This document shows, piece by piece, positions 59,488 to 64,000 of a DNA stretch of 64,000 bases. Under the pieces are notes generated by a model. That model saw only the letters and a program-made list of their open reading frames with translations. It was not told the DNA's origin and searched no databases. Position 1 is the first letter of the stretch; every line of letters starts with the position of its first letter. Source of the DNA: Podarcis filfolensis (Eukaryota); NCBI GenBank assembly GCA_964270895.1, contig OZ185447.1. The stretch is one strand, 5' to 3'. A program made the translations under genes and the position numbers.

Positions 59488-60216
59488 GCAATGAAATTGA
59501 ATCTGCACAGACAGATAAAGCCCAACAAGCAGATTGTGTGGAACCCTTTTATGTAGCCACTTTGCTAAAGATGCCAGATGGATACATGGAGTTCCACACA
59601 GCTGAAAGAAGCCAGGAGAAGGCTGTCTTCAGAATTCATAATCAGTTGCAGGATCTTATTGAGAAAGTGGTTATTGGTGTGCCTACAACATCAGTACCTA
59701 AAAAAGTTGGTGCAGGATTGGGACCAGCCAGCCTAAAAATGATGGAAGGGATGGGACTTTTGAGAGATTCCCTGCTGATTTCGATAAGCAAGCCGGTGGG
59801 AATTGCTCACACGGCATATTTCCCAACAGCTGATGGATCACTCTACTCCAGAGGTGATTTGAAAGAAGTTGCATTTGGACAGATAAAGGTTGAAGACAGA
59901 GACACTGATGAAACAACTCAGCAGGATAGTCTGGATGAGAGAAGGCCATTCGTATCAGAAGATGAAAGGTGTGCCATGGTTGCAGAATTGGACCCCTCTG
60001 AGCATATTTACCAAGTTGAGGTTGAAGCTAATGTCCCGAAGGAGAGCAAAACTTTGGAATGTGTACTAGAAGTAGGCAAGCTTTCAGGGGAGAGCATCTC
60101 CCTGGAAGGGGAGACATTGGAAACTGTGCAGGCCTCAGAACTGCAAAAGGCTTCTGGAAAAAAAGCTGCCTATTGTACACCAGAGAAACAAAGCAGTCGA
60201 TTGCCACTTCTGAAAG
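59488..60216 (+). CDS. MAPT: Tau exon 4A (big tau), 729 nt / 243 codons; 5' boundary uncertain
   Basis: Long acidic open frame, phase 1-1. EDRDTDETTQQDS, YQVEVEANVPKE and terminal SSRLPLLK-G|GTGTGT parallel human 4A (EDRDVDESSPQDS, FHVEITPNVQKE, VSRVPQLK). Confidence 0.88.
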
Positions 60217-60564
60217 GTGTGTGCATGTGCGTGTGTTGCTCAGTTGTCCTGCTTAAAGAAAGCAAGGCTGCTAAAACCACAAATGATTTTGCACATGTCT
60301 CCCTGAATCCTGCTGCTTCAGCAGTTTCCCTGATAAGTTGACAGGAAACAAAAATGTTTGTGTGGCACTGCTCTACATCCATGGCTGTCTGCTTCATTTG
60401 GACTTGGGGTGTGAGTACAATCCATTAATACAATGGCTGCATGCTTATCCTGCATGGATGCTGCTGCTTCTTCTCACCAATTGCCACCCCAATTTATATT
60501 TTGTGGAATTTTAGCTCTTTTCTGAGATCCTCCACTGGCAGGTCTTTTAACCAATTAGGTCAGA

Positions 60565-60700
60565 CAGTGATGGCCAAACTTGACCCTCCAGCTGTTTTGG
60601 GACTACAATGCCCATCATCCCTGACCACTGGTCCTGTTAGCTAGGGATGATGGGAGTTGTAGTCCCAAAACAGCTGAAGACCCAAGTTTTGCCAACACTG
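60565..60700. mobile_element. hAT-type palindromic MITE
   Basis: TIRs CAGTGATGGCCAAACTT / AAGTTTTGCCAACACTG; core nearly identical to 4383; TSD 6/8. Confidence 0.85.
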
Positions 60701-61127
60701 AGATAAGATACAGGTAAAGCAAGAATGGAGCTAACTGATCTTGGCCTTGATCAGAAACTTGTTATATAAGCTGTGTCTCATCATTCTTTCAAGTCTCTGA
60801 TTCTCATCATGCTTTCCCATTCTAGCTTATCTAATAGCTGTCAGAGATCACTGTGGTGTGTATTAAACAAAGAATGTTTCACTTATGCTGGCATTGGCTT
60901 AAATCTGTTTAATGCTAATGTGAAACATACACTGGCTATACTTTTCTCTCCCTTTCCATTCTGTATTCTACCCATCCATTAACTACACTTACACATGGCA
61001 CAAATGCTGCACAGTGCACATGTAAACGTACAATCAAGCCTCATGTGTAAAAACTTCCAAAGGGTGTAAGGGTTTTTGTTTTATTATTTTTTGCTCACCT
61101 GTATCCAAAAGAAATAAAGTAGGGTAG

Positions 61128-61258
61128 GGGTAGCCAATGTGGTGTCCTCAAGATGTTGTGGACTACAACTCTCAGCATCCCTGACTATTGATCACACTGG
61201 CTGAGACTAATGGGCATTGTTATCCACAACGGCTGAGGGTCATCATGTTGGCTACCCT
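61128..61258. mobile_element. Degraded hAT-type palindromic MITE
   Basis: AGGGGTAGCCAA...TTGGCTACCCT ends with a GGACTACAACTC core. Confidence 0.65.
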
Positions 61259-62524
61259 TTGTATGGGGTGTCAGCTAAAGGTGATAGATGGTGTGACCTA
61301 TAGGCAGGAGAAAATGCTTAACAGTGGTCCTTCCATAATAAAGGTGGGCTACTTCCTTTACATTTGCAATAACTTTAAAAAAAAATCAATTTGCTGTATG
61401 AAATTTTGCATGATTTTAGGCATCTCAAGCTATTCCTTTTTTTGAGGAACTATGTGAATAGAAAATACATGTATGTATCTTCTTTAAGAACATCCCTTTC
61501 TACATTGTCTCTTCATAGTTTCATATGGGGGGGTTGGGGGGGAACCAAAGAGTTTCCTAAATAACAGATATTGATATCACAGTTGGGACCTTTTGGAACT
61601 TCTGCAATAAGGAGGCATGAGTCTTCCTCCTCTGCTTGAAAGACTTAATATTTTTGCATCTTGCACAGCAGGCAAGCAGGTGAAACAATTAGCACTGGTA
61701 TTTCTTTTCTTACCTCCAGCTTTTCAGAATTTGTAGCAGAGTAAATTGGAATGTTGAGATCCCTTCTGGAAGGGTAACCTGATCTTCATGGGTTGGGGAA
61801 ACCTAGCCAGATAGGTGGAGTATAAATAATAAATTATTATCATATTATTATATGGGTTCCAGTGAACACTGCTAGTCATAAATGGCTCATGGGGGTTGTT
61901 AATGCACCATCTTTGGAAGAAAGATCCTATTGTCAGTTGAGCATGACCATTGTCTAATATTCCCTAGAGCGGGGCATGCTGTTGAATCCTGCCAGAACTG
62001 CCCAAATTGTGCAAAGAGATCTTGGATAGACTTTGTAAATCAGCTCAAAGCACTCATATGGGAGAAAGCCTGTGCTACATCCACTAACAGTTTGCTGGGC
62101 TGTCGTTTAGTTTCTCTGAAGGAATCTTAACTCAAAGAACTTAACTGTGAGCTTCCTTGGCATTGAAACATCTGGCTGTGTTAGAGGAGGTGGCCTTTCT
62201 GTCAGCTGTCAGAGCATTAGAACTGAAAGGGGAGAAAATCAGTAGAACCAAAGCTCAAGAAGAAGAGACCCAAGGCCCAGAACAATCCAAATGATACTTA
62301 AATATTCTGACCAAACCTGAACAGTTGATGAATGTGTGAAAGTGCTTTGCATAGGCTGATCAGATGACAAGGTTCATAACTCCAGAAGCTTCAGTTTGTA
62401 GTAAAGAGAGAGGTGCTGGCTACAATTAACTGTCAGAGTCTGCTAGAATGAAGAATTTGCTAAGCCATTGAAAAGGAAGCCTCTGGAAAAGAAAAAGATA
62501 TGTAGGTATAAAGTTAGGTGAAGG

Positions 62525-62797
62525 ATCCTTGGATGGTTAAGTCCAGTCGAATTTGACTATGGCGTGTGGTGCTTATCTCTGCTTTCAGGCCAAGGCATCC
62601 GGCGTTTGTCTGGGTCATGTGGCCAGCATGGCTAAACTGCTTCTGGTGCAACAGGACACCATGATGGAAACCAGAGCACACAGAAACGCCGTTTATCTTC
62701 CTGCCTCAGCAGTACCTATTTATTTACTCGTGCTGGTATGCTTTTGAACTGCTAGATTAGCAGGAGCTGGGACAAAGCAATGGGAGGTCACTCCGTC
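62525..62797 (-). mobile_element. Diverged Sauria SINE
   Basis: GGGTCATGTGGCCAGCATG...CCAGAGC...GAAACGCCGTTTA...GAACTGCTAG collinear with 8256. Confidence 0.8.
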
Positions 62798-64000
62798 TGG
62801 ACTAAGCATTGGTGATTCTAACGTCAAGTCATTCTATGACAAGCTGCTCTTTGAAAGAAACTCAGTGACTCATGGCCTTATGGAATTCTTCTGCATCGAG
62901 CTTATCACTTCAGCTTGGGGTAGCTGAGAAGTGGGCCCTCATACTCACCCTGCAATTTATTGTGTTCTGGCAGCTATGGACAATTGTCTACAAAATTCTA
63001 TCAAGAACCAGGGAGGATGGATAGCATGATTACAGGCTATACCTAGAATCTTTCGTTATAAGGCTTCGTTTGTTCAGAAAAGTGTCATGCAGATGTCCAT
63101 GCAAATATGGGAAATGTAATCATCAGTGAGCATATTTATTTATTTATTTATTTGTTTGTTTGTTTGCTTTGTATTGCCCAAGGCAACCCAGAGTGACATA
63201 GATACACAACAAAAGATATCAATTTTCTCATAACAGAACAAAAACAATGTGTGCACTTCAGCAGCAGAGTATGGTACCAGTCTTTATGTGTCCATGATAT
63301 ACTAGTCAAGGATTATAATCTTTGCATTCCCTCAGTTTCCTGTAGGGCAGGGGTGAACAGAATGTTGGTTGCAATCAGTCCATCTTTCTCAGGCTGATTT
63401 GCAGGCAAACATTTCAGCCTCTCTTCTCCTTTAGCCGATTCTGTTGGCTGAATGTGGGTGTAGCAGCCCCATTTTCGATATATGTATTCAGATTTTGCTA
63501 TTTAAAAACAAAAAAAAAGTTTGTGTGTGAAACTACTTCCTGCCAGCAGCCTCTTTGTTGCCTTGCTTCTGCAACTTTTCCCTCAGTGAATAATATGAGG
63601 TTGACAATTATCATATTGGACCAGATTTCTGCTGCTCAGCTTTATTGGATGGCCCTAGATTATTGTATGAATAAGCCTCAAATGCAGCAGGAGTTGTTCT
63701 GGTCCCATGATAATTTTGGTAGCCCTTTTCTAAAGGGCTTTTCATTGCCAATTACTAATCCACAAGAGAGTCTCTCCTCTTATTCCATAACCACTACCTT
63801 TAATAAGGAGTCTTTGATGAGTTACTTTATCAAAGTCTTTTTGAAATTCTAAGTACACAGTGTCCACACACTACATCTTATGGACAAGTTAGATTTTTAA
63901 AAAAGAAGATTCCTTGCACAAGGGGGTGAGCTTGTTTCCTGAGGGTCAGGAGCTCACTGCACTGAGTAAACACCCATGACTTCTATCTAGGCAGCCATTA

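Noticed and set aside
60217-64000. Search for MAPT exon 5 (ARMVSKSK-like)
   Set aside because: No phase-compatible, stop-free match; ORFs at 61930-62130 and 63454-63852 show no tau similarity.
1-64000. CRISPR array or prokaryotic defence systems
   Set aside because: No regularly spaced repeat-spacer array; the DNA is eukaryotic and the recurring repeats are transposon termini.

Overview
Eukaryotic, AT-rich, intron-rich DNA from a squamate, most likely a lacertid lizard (inferred from Sauria SINEs, BovB, CR1 and the MITE families). The main gene is MAPT (tau) on the + strand. A probable non-coding exon 0 lies in a CpG island at about 20.5-21.1 kb. Coding exon 1 is 45736-45808, exon 2 51740-51826, exon 3 54300-54386, exon 4 57479-57541 and the large 'big tau' exon 4A 59488-60216. 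I found no exon 5 or microtubule-binding repeats, so they presumably lie beyond the window. Upstream, a second CpG island (about 5.9-6.9 kb) has housekeeping-type promoter motifs and appears to drive a spliced minus-strand transcript of unknown identity. At 12.1-13.2 kb there is a candidate three-exon plus-strand ORF of about 126 aa that I cannot identify. The rest is intronic or intergenic DNA with many transposons, including a 3-kb CR1 with two frameshifts. The best leads are the candidate small gene, a 27-nt in-frame candidate tau microexon (50608-50634), a G12 run that breaks an otherwise better exon 4A acceptor, a frame-compensating alternative donor/acceptor pair on exons 1/2, a TGCATG (RBFOX) cluster after exon 4A, and MITEs carrying ZNF143/THAP11-type motifs. 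All homology calls are from memory of the families; no searches were run. There are no CRISPR arrays, rRNA or true tRNA genes.
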